From positions 228,986 to 292,985 of the forward strand of contig JBMFRB010000004.1 of NCBI GenBank assembly GCA_049968255.1: a DNA stretch of 64,000 nt, written 5' to 3'. This document shows, piece by piece, positions 18,272-27,868 of this stretch (its first letter is position 1; the number at the start of each line of letters is the position of its first letter). The notes beneath the pieces were generated by a model that did not search any database, was not told the DNA's origin, and saw nothing but the letters and a program-made list of their open reading frames with translations. The position numbers were made by a program, and so were the translations under genes. The DNA comes from Candidatus Sumerlaeaceae bacterium (GTDB lineage: Bacteria; Sumerlaeota; Sumerlaeia; Sumerlaeales; Sumerlaeaceae).

Positions 18272-18955
18272 CTATTCTTGTTTGGTCCCTGATAGCGCAC
18301 GGATCCGAAGGATGTCGAGCACCTGCATAAGAGGATTCATCCTCTTTTTTGCGAGTTCCGGATTTTGCGCAATCGCCAGTTTTTCATCCACCTCCGCAAA
18401 GGGATCTGCGTAGTTCAATTTTGCGGCTGTGGCAACGAATTCTTCCGGCGACATATTTAGAAGTTCTGCGAGACGGCTGTTAGCTTCGCTTAAAGCCTCG
18501 AACTGAATCTTCATGTCATCGGTGATATTCTTTTGTTCAGATAACTTGCTAACCGAAGCAGCAAGATCAAGCACCTCGATATAGAGGCTCTTATGCTCTG
18601 GCAGGGATTTGTGTGCTTCGATTTCATCGGCGATCACCTGTCGCGCACGTTTTGTCACTTTTCGATGTGCACTGATAAGGTCATCAATGGTTTGCGGAGT
18701 CATTGTTCGCCAAATCCATAGACCAGCAACAATTCCCCCTGCAATGATGACGAAGATGACGACAAGGAATAGCACGCGGCCTCCAGAACCTGTCGTCTGC
18801 TGTTCAATAGTTGACGCTGGCGGACGTGCATAAGTTTCTCCCGCATATTCGCGTTCTCGCACCTTGCTGAACACAGCTCCGCAATAGTCGCAAATCTCTT
18901 CATTTTGCGAGAGCTCTCCGCATTTTGGGCACCGCCAGCCACTGTAATCTTCCAT
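18272..18955 (-). CDS. Hypothetical membrane-anchored protein with N-terminal zinc ribbon
   Basis: CPKC...CDYCG, a single TM helix (VLFLVVIFVIIAGGIVAGLWIW), helical C-terminal region; GGAGA RBS. Confidence 0.75.
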   Translation of the reverse strand: MEDYSGWRCPKCGELSQNEEICDYCGAVFSKVREREYAGETYARPPASTIEQQTTGSGGRVLFLVVIFVIIAGGIVAGLWIWRTMTPQTIDDLISAHRKVTKRARQVIADEIEAHKSLPEHKSLYIEVLDLAASVSKLSEQKNITDDMKIQFEALSEANSRLAELLNMSPEEFVATAAKLNYADPFAEVDEKLAIAQNPELAKKRMNPLMQVLDILRIRALSGTKQE

Positions 18956-19039
18956 TGCAAATTCTCCGTCTTTTCACTCAGTAGGGTCTAGAGCGAGCGT
19001 ACCGCGCGTCAGTTTATCTGATCTGTTTGATGCCGCTGT

Positions 19040-20359
19040 CTAGAGTTCGATAAAACGGTCCCAAATTACCTGCGCCAGACGTTGTGCTTTATCAAGCTCT
19101 TCGTAAAGGCGCTCATCCACGAGTTTGTGGTTCCTCACAAGCCATTGTCCCGCCACCATTGTGGAATGCACGAATCCCGGGGCAAAACAGAAAAACCAGT
19201 GGCCGGCAAGATTTTCCGAAGTCAGCGGCGTTGCGGCGGGATAATCGAGTAAAACCAGATCTGCTGGCGTCCCAGGTCGTAGCAGTCCCAAGGGGATATC
19301 AAGGAGCTCGCTGGCAAGTTGAGCCGCTCCACCTAGCCAGCGTAGCGGCGCATCGAACGGCAATCGCGCACCCACATCACGCATCTTGAAAAAGGCTGTT
19401 TTCGATTCGCTGAACATGTCGGCGTCAATGCCATCAGTGCCTAACGCGAGACGGCCTCGCGACAGTTCCTCGATACGCGCATATCCCACACCGTTGTTCA
19501 TGTTTGAGCGAGGATTGTGTGCAATCCAACAACCTAAATCGTATGCTAGACGGATTTCGTCAGCGGTGAGATGTGTGCAATGAGCCAACACTGTGCCAGG
19601 GCGCAAAATTCCTGCTTGAGCCAAACGCCCAATCACCCGTTGCCCGCACCGCTGCAGCGCGTCCTGGTTGTCGGATTCTGCCTCCGCGCAATGGATATGA
19701 ATGCCCACAGCGTAATGATCCGCAAGTTCTGCCAGCTTGTGCAGTGCGTCGTCGCCTAAAGTGAAAGAAGCGTGGGCCCCCACAAGTCCGGCGTACCAAT
19801 TCTGGATTCGGCCGTTAGCAAGAAAATCCGCGTTTTCATCCAGTCCGTCCCGCGATCCCCTCAAACCATTGCGATCGGTCACTTCGTAGCAAAGTACGCC
19901 ACGCAGTCCCACACGTTCGAGAGCACGACGCACCAGTCCCAAAGATCCCCGGATGCACGACGGTGAGGCATGGTGATCAATCAGCGTTCCTGCGCCACAC
20001 AGCGCGCCACGCACCGCTCCCACGAGGGCACTGTAATAGATACCCTCTTCGTCAAGAGCCCGATCGAGCTTCCACCAAATTTCCTCGAGAATCTCCACAA
20101 AGTTGGTCGGGGTTTTGCGCGGAGCAGGTAGACCCGTGGCCAGACTTGAATAGAGATGGGTATGCCCCACAACCAGAGCTGGCATGGCAAGAAGTCCTGA
20201 ACAATCCACGCACTCCCCGCTACCAACGATCCCACTGGGCACGGGTGCCTTCTCGAAGACATTCACAATGCTATCGCCCTCAACGAGAATCGAGCACCGT
20301 GGCACGACTCGCGGGGGACAGTACTCAACAAGCGTCACATTTTCTAGAAGCGTGGCCAT
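19040..20359 (-). CDS. Metal-dependent amidohydrolase, SsnA-like aminohydrolase
   Basis: GHTHLYS, WWKLDRALD, IDHHASP, HIHCAE, HNPRSNMNNGVG and LGTDG motifs; ATG at 20359 after AAAGGA. Confidence 0.85.
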   Translation of the reverse strand: MATLLENVTLVEYCPPRVVPRCSILVEGDSIVNVFEKAPVPSGIVGSGECVDCSGLLAMPALVVGHTHLYSSLATGLPAPRKTPTNFVEILEEIWWKLDRALDEEGIYYSALVGAVRGALCGAGTLIDHHASPSCIRGSLGLVRRALERVGLRGVLCYEVTDRNGLRGSRDGLDENADFLANGRIQNWYAGLVGAHASFTLGDDALHKLAELADHYAVGIHIHCAEAESDNQDALQRCGQRVIGRLAQAGILRPGTVLAHCTHLTADEIRLAYDLGCWIAHNPRSNMNNGVGYARIEELSRGRLALGTDGIDADMFSESKTAFFKMRDVGARLPFDAPLRWLGGAAQLASELLDIPLGLLRPGTPADLVLLDYPAATPLTSENLAGHWFFCFAPGFVHSTMVAGQWLVRNHKLVDERLYEELDKAQRLAQVIWDRFIEL

Positions 20360-20554
20360 TGCTTCAGTTCCTTTTTCAAAACCATTGGTTCTTAGAGACC
20401 GCGGTGCCATTGCGCGCGATCATGTTGTTTCGAAATCACAATGCTTTCGCAATAGCTCTTGGGATTGCTAGAAGAATGCGACAAAAGAGTGCACACTTCG
20501 TTCTGAATCGTCTGCGCGATCAGGATTATCTGAAAACAAAAGGTTGGTGAAAAC

Positions 20555-21697
20555 GTGAGCACGCAATCTATTCTTATGGGCGAGATTCCTCGTTGGTTAC
20601 TCACTCGAGCAGAGTTTGCTGGAATCCCAGAGGTTGCGGAAAAGGTGGCAGCTGGCGAGCGGCTTAGTTTCGAGGACGGAGTGCGCCTCTTCGAGTGTCC
20701 TGATCTTCCGCTATTGGGTTTTCTTGCAGAAATTGTTCGCCGCAAAAAAGTAGGCAACTACGCATTTTTTAATCGCAACCTGCGGATCGACTACACGAAC
20801 ATCTGCAACAAGAAGTGCCTCTTTTGCGCATTCGACCGCTTGCCCGGTGAACCCGGGGGCTATGTCCTTGACCCTCAAGAAATTCACGCCAAAGTTGTTG
20901 AGCATCTCGCAACAGGCATCACCGAGGTGCATATGGTCGGGGGAATTAATCCAAAGCTCCCGTTTCAGTATTACCTCGACGCACTGTGTGCAATTAAGGC
21001 TGCAAATCCGCAAATCCACGTGAAAGCTTTTACAGCTGTCGAAATCGCCCAGATTATCAGAATCTCCAAGCTTTCACCTGAAGAAACGCTCCAGGCTCTG
21101 CGCGAAGCAGGCCTCGATTCATGCCCCGGTGGTGGGGCGGAAGTGCTCAGTGATCGCGTTCATGACGAACTTTATCCGATTAAAATCGGGCCCAAGCAAT
21201 GGCTCGATATTCAGCGCCTTATTCACAAATCGGGACTGCGTTCCACAGCAACCATGCTCTACGGTCATATTGAAACACGCCAAGAGCGAGTGGAGCATAT
21301 GGTTCTGCTGCGCGAGCTGCAGGACGAAACTGGCGGCTTTCTCGCATTCGTCCCTCTTGCCTTCCATCCGGGAAATACAGAGCTATCTTACTTGCCAGGA
21401 CCGACAGGAGCTGAGGACCTACGTACCATTGCCGTCTCGCGTCTCATGCTCGACAATTTTGACCATATCAAAGCATACTGGGTCATGCTCACCCCCAAAG
21501 TTGCCCAAACGAGCCTAGCTTTTGGCGCTGATGATCTCGACGGTACAGTCATCAACGAAACCATTGTTCACGAAGCCGGAGCCAAAACACCACTTGGCCT
21601 CACTGTGGAAGAGCTGGTACGTCTTATCCGCGAGGCTGGCCGCGTCCCTGCCGAACGCGATTCTCTCTATCGGGTCATTCACACATGGCATAACTGA
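20555..21697 (+). CDS. mqnE: Aminofutalosine synthase MqnE (radical SAM, futalosine menaquinone pathway)
   Basis: CNKKCLFC, EVHMVGG, KAFTAVEI, PGGGAE, ATMLYGHIE, HIKAYWVM and FGADDLDGT motifs. Confidence 0.88.
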   Translation: MSTQSILMGEIPRWLLTRAEFAGIPEVAEKVAAGERLSFEDGVRLFECPDLPLLGFLAEIVRRKKVGNYAFFNRNLRIDYTNICNKKCLFCAFDRLPGEPGGYVLDPQEIHAKVVEHLATGITEVHMVGGINPKLPFQYYLDALCAIKAANPQIHVKAFTAVEIAQIIRISKLSPEETLQALREAGLDSCPGGGAEVLSDRVHDELYPIKIGPKQWLDIQRLIHKSGLRSTATMLYGHIETRQERVEHMVLLRELQDETGGFLAFVPLAFHPGNTELSYLPGPTGAEDLRTIAVSRLMLDNFDHIKAYWVMLTPKVAQTSLAFGADDLDGTVINETIVHEAGAKTPLGLTVEELVRLIREAGRVPAERDSLYRVIHTWHN

Positions 21698-21859
21698 TTG
21701 CTTTGCGATGGGGTAGGCCACATGAGCTCGAGGGCAATGCCAACGCGACAGTTTTTCCTGGCTCCTTGCTCGCACGAGTGAATGCTGAGATGGAACTGTC
21801 TCTATCCTTTCAATGTCTAAGTCAGAAACCGATGTTTTTGGGAAGGAGCATAGGAGGAA

Positions 21860-22783
21860 GTGACAGCCGCTGTTACTTTATTAGTATTTGTTGCTGTGCT
21901 TGTTTTTGGCATACGTCGCCAGTGGTCTCGCACGATGAACGTCTGTCAGTCGCATGAAGAAGCGAAGTACACGTTCTGGTGCGATTCACAGGGCTGTCTC
22001 CGGTTAGTTACCTTCGCAACGGACCTCCTCTCTATTCCAGCAGCTCGTTCCCTTGCTGCCCGTCTTTCGCCGATTCATATGTTCTCGCTTGGAACAGTCC
22101 TTGGAGCTGGCACCATCCTTCGCCTCGGTCAATTGATCTTGCCCCAAAGCATGCTTGACCTGCCGACTTGGGCACTCGTGTGGGTAGCCTTTTTGGCCAC
22201 CGTTTGGTTGGGGGTGTTTGTCGCGGAGCGTTGCTTCGTGACGTCTCGTTTTGCCGAAAGCTCCCTCGGGGAAGAAGCTTCTCGAGAAGCATTCGACGGA
22301 GTGTTGCTCGCAGGAGTCCTTTACCATCTTAGCACGCGCCATAGGCTCTTGTTGCTTACTTTTGCTGCCATGGGGCTTCCCGCGCCGTGGCACGTGACCC
22401 TATTGTTCCTGCTTGGGATTGCTGCAATCTACGCGTATTTCTCCCGCGGTGCAGCACGGCATATTCTTTTCACCGCAATCCCCAGTGAACTGGAACGTCC
22501 ATTTTTGCCCATAAAAGACCAAATGCGTGATGGAGTGTGGGTCGCGCCGGCAGGCCTTCTTCTCGTCCTCGGTGCAGCAACGCTCCTGTTCTTCAATGAC
22601 GTTAGCTCCTTTACCGTAGCGGCACTGTGCACCATTGGCTGCGGACTCGTCGTGGCAAGCGAAAGGCTCTCGCGAATCTACTCCCATCATGTGTCTCTGG
22701 CGCAATTTCGCCAGCGCCTGAACCACCGTGGACGCGGAAAAAGTATTTTCCAGTTAGCAGAAGAAAATCCCCACTCTTGCTGA
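21860..22783 (+). CDS. Hypothetical polytopic membrane protein
   Basis: AGGAGG RBS before GTG; about 7 hydrophobic segments. Confidence 0.7.
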   Translation: MTAAVTLLVFVAVLVFGIRRQWSRTMNVCQSHEEAKYTFWCDSQGCLRLVTFATDLLSIPAARSLAARLSPIHMFSLGTVLGAGTILRLGQLILPQSMLDLPTWALVWVAFLATVWLGVFVAERCFVTSRFAESSLGEEASREAFDGVLLAGVLYHLSTRHRLLLLTFAAMGLPAPWHVTLLFLLGIAAIYAYFSRGAARHILFTAIPSELERPFLPIKDQMRDGVWVAPAGLLLVLGAATLLFFNDVSSFTVAALCTIGCGLVVASERLSRIYSHHVSLAQFRQRLNHRGRGKSIFQLAEENPHSC

Positions 22784-22885
22784 CGGGGATTCTCTTGCGT
22801 CCTCACTCATAGCCTCCACAATACGGGTTTGTTGTTTTCGAGTAAACCCGAGCGGCAGCCCATACGTGGGAGGAAGCCCTCGGGG

Positions 22886-24400
22886 ATGTCCGACAAAATC
22901 GACGAAGTGCTGACCGCGACTGCAATCATGCCACGAACACAGCGCGAAAATCGAACACCACCAGCCGGCGTTGGCGTGCTGCCAACGACAGAACTTCCAT
23001 CAAGCCCGGAAGCGGAACAGGCGATCTTGGGAGCTATGGTACTCGATGCGGAAGCTATTGACACGGCAGTTCACGATCTGCGGCCTGAACACTTTTTTCT
23101 CGAAGCCCACGCGACGCTCTTTGCCGTGATCGCCGATCTGCACCAAAAACAGCTTCCCGTCGATATAACAAACCTCGTTGCTGAGCTCAAACTTCGCCGA
23201 CTCTTGGATAAGGTCGGTGGCCCCGACTACGTTGCTTCCCTTCCCGCACAAGTTTTTTCTGTCGCTAGCATTGATCATTACATTGCGCAAGTGCGTGAGA
23301 CGTACGAGAAGCGCGAACTGCTGCGGCTCGCGGAGCAGATCCGTCATCACGTATTCGAAAGCCATCGTGACGTCCCAGGCGTGATCGAACTTGTTGAACG
23401 CCAATTATTCGAGCTGTCGCTCAAACGCGAGGCACGAGAGTTTCTGTCCACTTCCGATCTCATGCCCGCTGTTCTCGAAGAGCTGGAAAAGCGCCGAACA
23501 GAAGCACACAGTCCGCGTGGGGTGATTACGGGGTTTCCCGATCTCGACGCGATGACCGGAGGGTTACAGCCTAGTGACCTCATCATTCTTGCGGCTCGGC
23601 CCTCCGTCGGAAAAACAGCACTAGCGATGAACATTGCGCTCAATGTGGGAGCTGGTCGAACAAAGGCAATGCGTGCAAACTTAGGTTTGGCTCGCCCCGT
23701 AGGGATCTTTTCGTTGGAAATGAGCGCTCAGCAGATCACCCAGCGCCTTTTGGCTACCCTGAGCCGGATTTCTCTGAAACTTTTGCGACACCATCGGCTT
23801 ACCGATCGCCAAAAGGCCGAGGTGGAAAAGGCTTCTCAATCCCTTGCCGAAGCTCCCATTTTCATCGACGACACACCTTATCTCACTATCGTCGAGCTTC
23901 GCTCGAAAGCCCGACGCCTGAAAGGTCGCGTGCCAGAACTTGCTCTCATCGTTGTGGATTATTTGCAACTGATGCATGTCGGCGGTCGTGTCGAGAATCG
24001 CCAGCAGGAAGTGGCGGAGATCACGCGCTCGCTCAAAGCCTTGGCGCGTGAGCTCGATGTGCCCGTGCTGGCTTTGAGTCAGCTTAGTCGGCAAGTCGAA
24101 CAGCGCAAGGGTCGCAAGGCTCGCCCCATGCTTAGCGATCTGCGCGAAAGCGGAGCAATCGAACAAGATGCCGATATTGTCATGTTCATCCATCGCGACA
24201 GAAATGAGCAGAGCGAGCGTTATGAAGACGAAGATGGGAAAAAGAATCTTGCGCCGGTGCCCACCGAACTCATTATTGCTAAGCACCGCAACGGACCGAT
24301 TGGAACCGTCGAATTACTCTTTTTCCCTCACCTGACCATGTTTGCGAGCCCTTACCGGGGAACTGACGAACATGATGACGAAAAAGACCTCGGTTACTAG
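22886..24400 (+). CDS. dnaB: Replicative DNA helicase DnaB
   Basis: EAEQAILG, AARPSVGKT (Walker A), FSLEMS, VDYLQLM, LSQLSR, DLRESGAIEQDAD and IAKHRNGP; start may be 22886 or 22928. Confidence 0.97.
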   Translation: MSDKIDEVLTATAIMPRTQRENRTPPAGVGVLPTTELPSSPEAEQAILGAMVLDAEAIDTAVHDLRPEHFFLEAHATLFAVIADLHQKQLPVDITNLVAELKLRRLLDKVGGPDYVASLPAQVFSVASIDHYIAQVRETYEKRELLRLAEQIRHHVFESHRDVPGVIELVERQLFELSLKREAREFLSTSDLMPAVLEELEKRRTEAHSPRGVITGFPDLDAMTGGLQPSDLIILAARPSVGKTALAMNIALNVGAGRTKAMRANLGLARPVGIFSLEMSAQQITQRLLATLSRISLKLLRHHRLTDRQKAEVEKASQSLAEAPIFIDDTPYLTIVELRSKARRLKGRVPELALIVVDYLQLMHVGGRVENRQQEVAEITRSLKALARELDVPVLALSQLSRQVEQRKGRKARPMLSDLRESGAIEQDADIVMFIHRDRNEQSERYEDEDGKKNLAPVPTELIIAKHRNGPIGTVELLFFPHLTMFASPYRGTDEHDDEKDLGY

Positions 24401-24458
24401 GTCGCGATGATCCATCGAACACAAGTTTTCCATACATTCTGCGCCGTCGGAGGGAGCC

Positions 24459-24671
24459 ATGAAACGTCAATTCATTGCGCGAATCGTTGTGCTGGAACGC
24501 CACGCGGACGGCTCTGCGCGCCAATTTACCGTCACGCGCACGATCGATGAAGATGTCACTGTCCGAGAACTCTTTGACTGGCGCCAAAAGCGCGTCCACG
24601 ATCCCGTCAATGGTGAATTTGCGAGCAAAGAAATTATCCTCACGCCGGATGATAAAGACGAACCATGGTGA
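24459..24671 (+). CDS. Small hypothetical protein (70 aa)
   Basis: GGAGGG RBS just upstream of the ATG; fills the gap between dnaB and tRNA-Arg. Confidence 0.65.
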   Translation: MKRQFIARIVVLERHADGSARQFTVTRTIDEDVTVRELFDWRQKRVHDPVNGEFASKEIILTPDDKDEPW

Positions 24672-24680
24672 ATTAAAAAG

Positions 24681-24753
24681 CGCGCCCGGAGAGATTCGAA
24701 CTCCCGACCCGCTGATCCGAAGTCAGCAGCTCTATCCACTGAGCTACGGGCGC
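24681..24753 (-). tRNA. tRNA-Arg (TCG), CCA not encoded
   Basis: Minus strand GCGCCCGTAGCTCAGTGGATAGAGC-T-GCTGA CTTCGGA TCAGC-GGGTC-GGGAGTTCGAATCTCTC-CGGGCGC-G. Confidence 0.93.
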
Positions 24754-24836
24754 GCAACTGTGCAACTTCGGCTGTCAACCGTCTAGAAATACTTGCAACG
24801 TCAGCACTGCATTCGCTTCGGAGTCGCAAGCTTTGC

Positions 24837-27215
24837 TCACGACGAACGTGCCTCTTGAGCTTTTTCACCAAGCGCCAGATCTAGCACTTCTTGCACGTGT
24901 TTCACTGGGTGAAACTGCAATTTTTCGCGAATCTCCGGCGGCAGCTCGTCCAAATCGTTCATGTTACGCTCAGGCAAGATGATCTCTTGGATCTTTGCTC
25001 TCGCAGCTGCCAGGACTTTTTCCTTTATTCCACCCACGGGCAACACGTTGCCCTTCAGCGTTATCTCACCCGTCATCGCAAGGTAGTCTTTAACAAGGCG
25101 ATTTGTTAGCAGCGAAGCAAGTGCGGTGCAGATAGTGATGCCCGCCGAAGGCCCATCCTTGGGTACAGCGCCAGCCGGCACGTGAATATGAATATCACGC
25201 TGGGAAAAAAGTTCGTCGGGTATTTGCCAACGCGTCGCATTTGCTCGCAAATAAGTGAGTGCTGCCTGAGCGCTCTCGCGCATAACCTCGCCAAGTTGAC
25301 CAGTAAGAGTGAAGCGTCCACTTCCTGGCGTCAAGCTAGCTTCAATAAAAAGAATTTCCCCACCCGTCGGCGTCCAGGCCAACCCAACAGCCACTCCAGG
25401 CAGACCCATCCGTTGAGCGGTCTCGCTATAGTACCGAGGTGGCCCCAGCAGCGACGAAAGATTTCGCGGCGTGACCCGCATTCGAAAATCTGGGGTTTCG
25501 GCCACGCGGCGAGCTACCTTGCGGCACACGGCTGCAATCTCGCGCTCAAGGTTTCTGAGCCCTGCTTCTCGAGTGTAATCGTCGATAATTCTGATCACTG
25601 CCGAGTCCGTGATCCGGCACTGCTCGGGGCGCAGACCGTTATTTTCGATTTGTTTGGGGATGATGTAACGCTTGGCGATTTGCAGTTTTTCGCCGAGCGA
25701 ATAACCTGGCAATTCGATTACTTCCATACGATCGCGCAAGGGGCCGGGCACGGGATCTATGTGATTAGCGGTCGTGATGAACATCACGTTCGAAAGGTCG
25801 AACGGAATGTCGAGATAGTTATCGACAAACGAGTTATTTTGCTCGGGGTCCAGCACCTCGAGCAGCGCTGCGGCCGGGTCGCCGCGGTAATCGCTGCCGA
25901 GCTTGTCAATTTCGTCGAGCATCAGAACAGGATTGTTTGCCCCCGCACTCTTGATTGCTTTGATAATTCGTCCCGGCATGGCACCGATATAGGTGCGTCG
26001 GTGGCCGCGAATCTCCGCTTCATCGCGCATCCCCCCCAATGCAATGCGCACGAACTTTCTGCCTACCGCACGTGCGATAGAGCGACCGAGCGATGTTTTG
26101 CCGACTCCCGGAGGACCAACAAAACACAGGATCGGCCCTTTCATGTCATTCTTGAGTTTGCGAACGCTCAGATACTCCAGGATTCGCTCCTTGATCTTGT
26201 CCAGATCGTAGTGATCTTCATCCAGTATGCGCTTAGCTCGTTTGATGTCGAGCGTGTCCTCGGTACTCTCAAGCCATGGCAATTCCAGAATCCAATCGAG
26301 GTAGGTTCGAGTCACGGTATATTCCGGACTTGCTGGTTGCATGAGTCGCAGGCGGTTTAGCTCCTTCTCAGCAACCTCGCGTGCATGCTGCGGAAGAGCT
26401 TTCTGTTTCACGCGCTCTTGAAGTTCCTCGATCTCGCGCGAAGTTGTTTCATCCTCCCCAAGTTCCTTGCGGATTGCTTTGAGTTGTTCGCGCAAGTAAT
26501 ACTCCCGCTGGGTTTTGTCGAGCTCACTCTTGACCTGGCTACGAATTTTGGTGCCTAGCTCGAGAACCTGCATTTCCCGCGTGAGCAGATAGTGCACTTT
26601 TCTAATGCGTTCACGAACGCTCGTGAGGCTCAGCACTTCGATGAGCTCCGGAATTTTCAGGGGCAGATTGGTTGCAACCAAATCGGCAAGCCTGCCCGGA
26701 TCTGTGAGATTCATCACCGCGGTGGCCAATTCTTCGGGCATGGCCGAAAGCTGGACCGCTTTGCCTAGAAGAGCCTGTATGCTGCGCACCAGCGCCTGGG
26801 TTTCTATGTCATCGGTCGGCTCTTCTCGGAGTTCCTCCACCCTTGCCTTGAGATATGGAGTCGTCGCGAGAGGCTCGACTATCCGAATGCGAGCGATCCC
26901 ATGGAGGAGGACGCGCACGATCCCGTCTGGCGTGCGCACCATTTTTACAATCTTCGCTGCTGTTCCTACGTGGTAAATGTTGTCGAAGTTATTCGCGTCA
27001 GGGGCGTCGATTTTTTTTGTAAACACGCCAACTAAGCGTGGACCACTGACGACCTCGTTGATCAGCTCTTTGCTTTTTTCCTCTCCAACGATGATCGGCG
27101 CCACCATTGCAGGAAAAAGCACAAATTGGTCGAGCGGCAGAACGGGCAACTCGCTCGGAATTTCCAGAACATCGCCCTGTGTAACCTGATTATTTACGGC
27201 AATCCCTTCGGTCAT
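24837..27215 (-). CDS. lon: ATP-dependent Lon protease
   Basis: LON N-domain, Walker A GPPGVGKT, EIRGHRRTYIG, catalytic KDGPSAG and GGIKEK. Confidence 0.98.
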   Translation of the reverse strand: MTEGIAVNNQVTQGDVLEIPSELPVLPLDQFVLFPAMVAPIIVGEEKSKELINEVVSGPRLVGVFTKKIDAPDANNFDNIYHVGTAAKIVKMVRTPDGIVRVLLHGIARIRIVEPLATTPYLKARVEELREEPTDDIETQALVRSIQALLGKAVQLSAMPEELATAVMNLTDPGRLADLVATNLPLKIPELIEVLSLTSVRERIRKVHYLLTREMQVLELGTKIRSQVKSELDKTQREYYLREQLKAIRKELGEDETTSREIEELQERVKQKALPQHAREVAEKELNRLRLMQPASPEYTVTRTYLDWILELPWLESTEDTLDIKRAKRILDEDHYDLDKIKERILEYLSVRKLKNDMKGPILCFVGPPGVGKTSLGRSIARAVGRKFVRIALGGMRDEAEIRGHRRTYIGAMPGRIIKAIKSAGANNPVLMLDEIDKLGSDYRGDPAAALLEVLDPEQNNSFVDNYLDIPFDLSNVMFITTANHIDPVPGPLRDRMEVIELPGYSLGEKLQIAKRYIIPKQIENNGLRPEQCRITDSAVIRIIDDYTREAGLRNLEREIAAVCRKVARRVAETPDFRMRVTPRNLSSLLGPPRYYSETAQRMGLPGVAVGLAWTPTGGEILFIEASLTPGSGRFTLTGQLGEVMRESAQAALTYLRANATRWQIPDELFSQRDIHIHVPAGAVPKDGPSAGITICTALASLLTNRLVKDYLAMTGEITLKGNVLPVGGIKEKVLAAARAKIQEIILPERNMNDLDELPPEIREKLQFHPVKHVQEVLDLALGEKAQEARSS

Positions 27216-27226
27216 CTGCAGTCGCC

Positions 27227-27679
27227 TTACTGAATCGCAATGCGCACTTCTTGGGGGTGATATGGGATCTTTTTGAGTTCAATCGTCAGAAAACCATTCT
27301 GCAATGTCGCCTTCACATCCTGGGGCTCAAAGTGCTCTGGTAGCGCAAAAACGCGCTCAAAAGCACCGTACTGGATTTCCATGAGATGATACTGATCCTT
27401 GCGAACTCTCGAATCGTCGTCGCGCTTGCCTTGCACCACCAGATAACGTCCGGACAATCTCACGTCGAGATCCTTCTCCTGAACGCCGGCGATTTCCATT
27501 TTGATGTGGATAGCATCCTCAGTTTCAAAAACGTCCGCAGGCGGAGTCCAAGTCCGTTTGGCCGGCATAAACTGCGGCCTCGAGTGAGCGAATAACGCAG
27601 AAGCCCAACGCAACAGGTCCTCTTCAAACGCATCGCTGGCATTGGCCATCTGACGAATAATGAGATTCACAGATTTCAT
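27227..27679 (-). CDS. Small heat shock protein, Hsp20/alpha-crystallin family
   Basis: WTPPADVFET, EIAGV, EIQYGAFERVFALP and ATLQNGFLTI motifs; 11 nt upstream of lon. Confidence 0.93.
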   Translation of the reverse strand: MKSVNLIIRQMANASDAFEEDLLRWASALFAHSRPQFMPAKRTWTPPADVFETEDAIHIKMEIAGVQEKDLDVRLSGRYLVVQGKRDDDSRVRKDQYHLMEIQYGAFERVFALPEHFEPQDVKATLQNGFLTIELKKIPYHPQEVRIAIQ

Positions 27680-27868
27680 TGAATCAAAGTCCTTTGCGCC
27701 AGTTCACGACTAGTCGCGGTTTCTTTGCCTTATACTTATTTGGAAGATCTTCCACTGCTTGCCAACGTCGCAAGTGAGAAATCGCCCGCCACACCCCAAC
27801 CCGATTCTAGGCGCCTCTGTGTAATGATAATATGCAGTGCCCTGCGGGGCTCATTTGCGCCATGCGCC

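Noticed and set aside
25182-26360. 392-aa + strand ORF
   Set aside because: Lies entirely antisense to lon; a shadow ORF with no recognisable motifs
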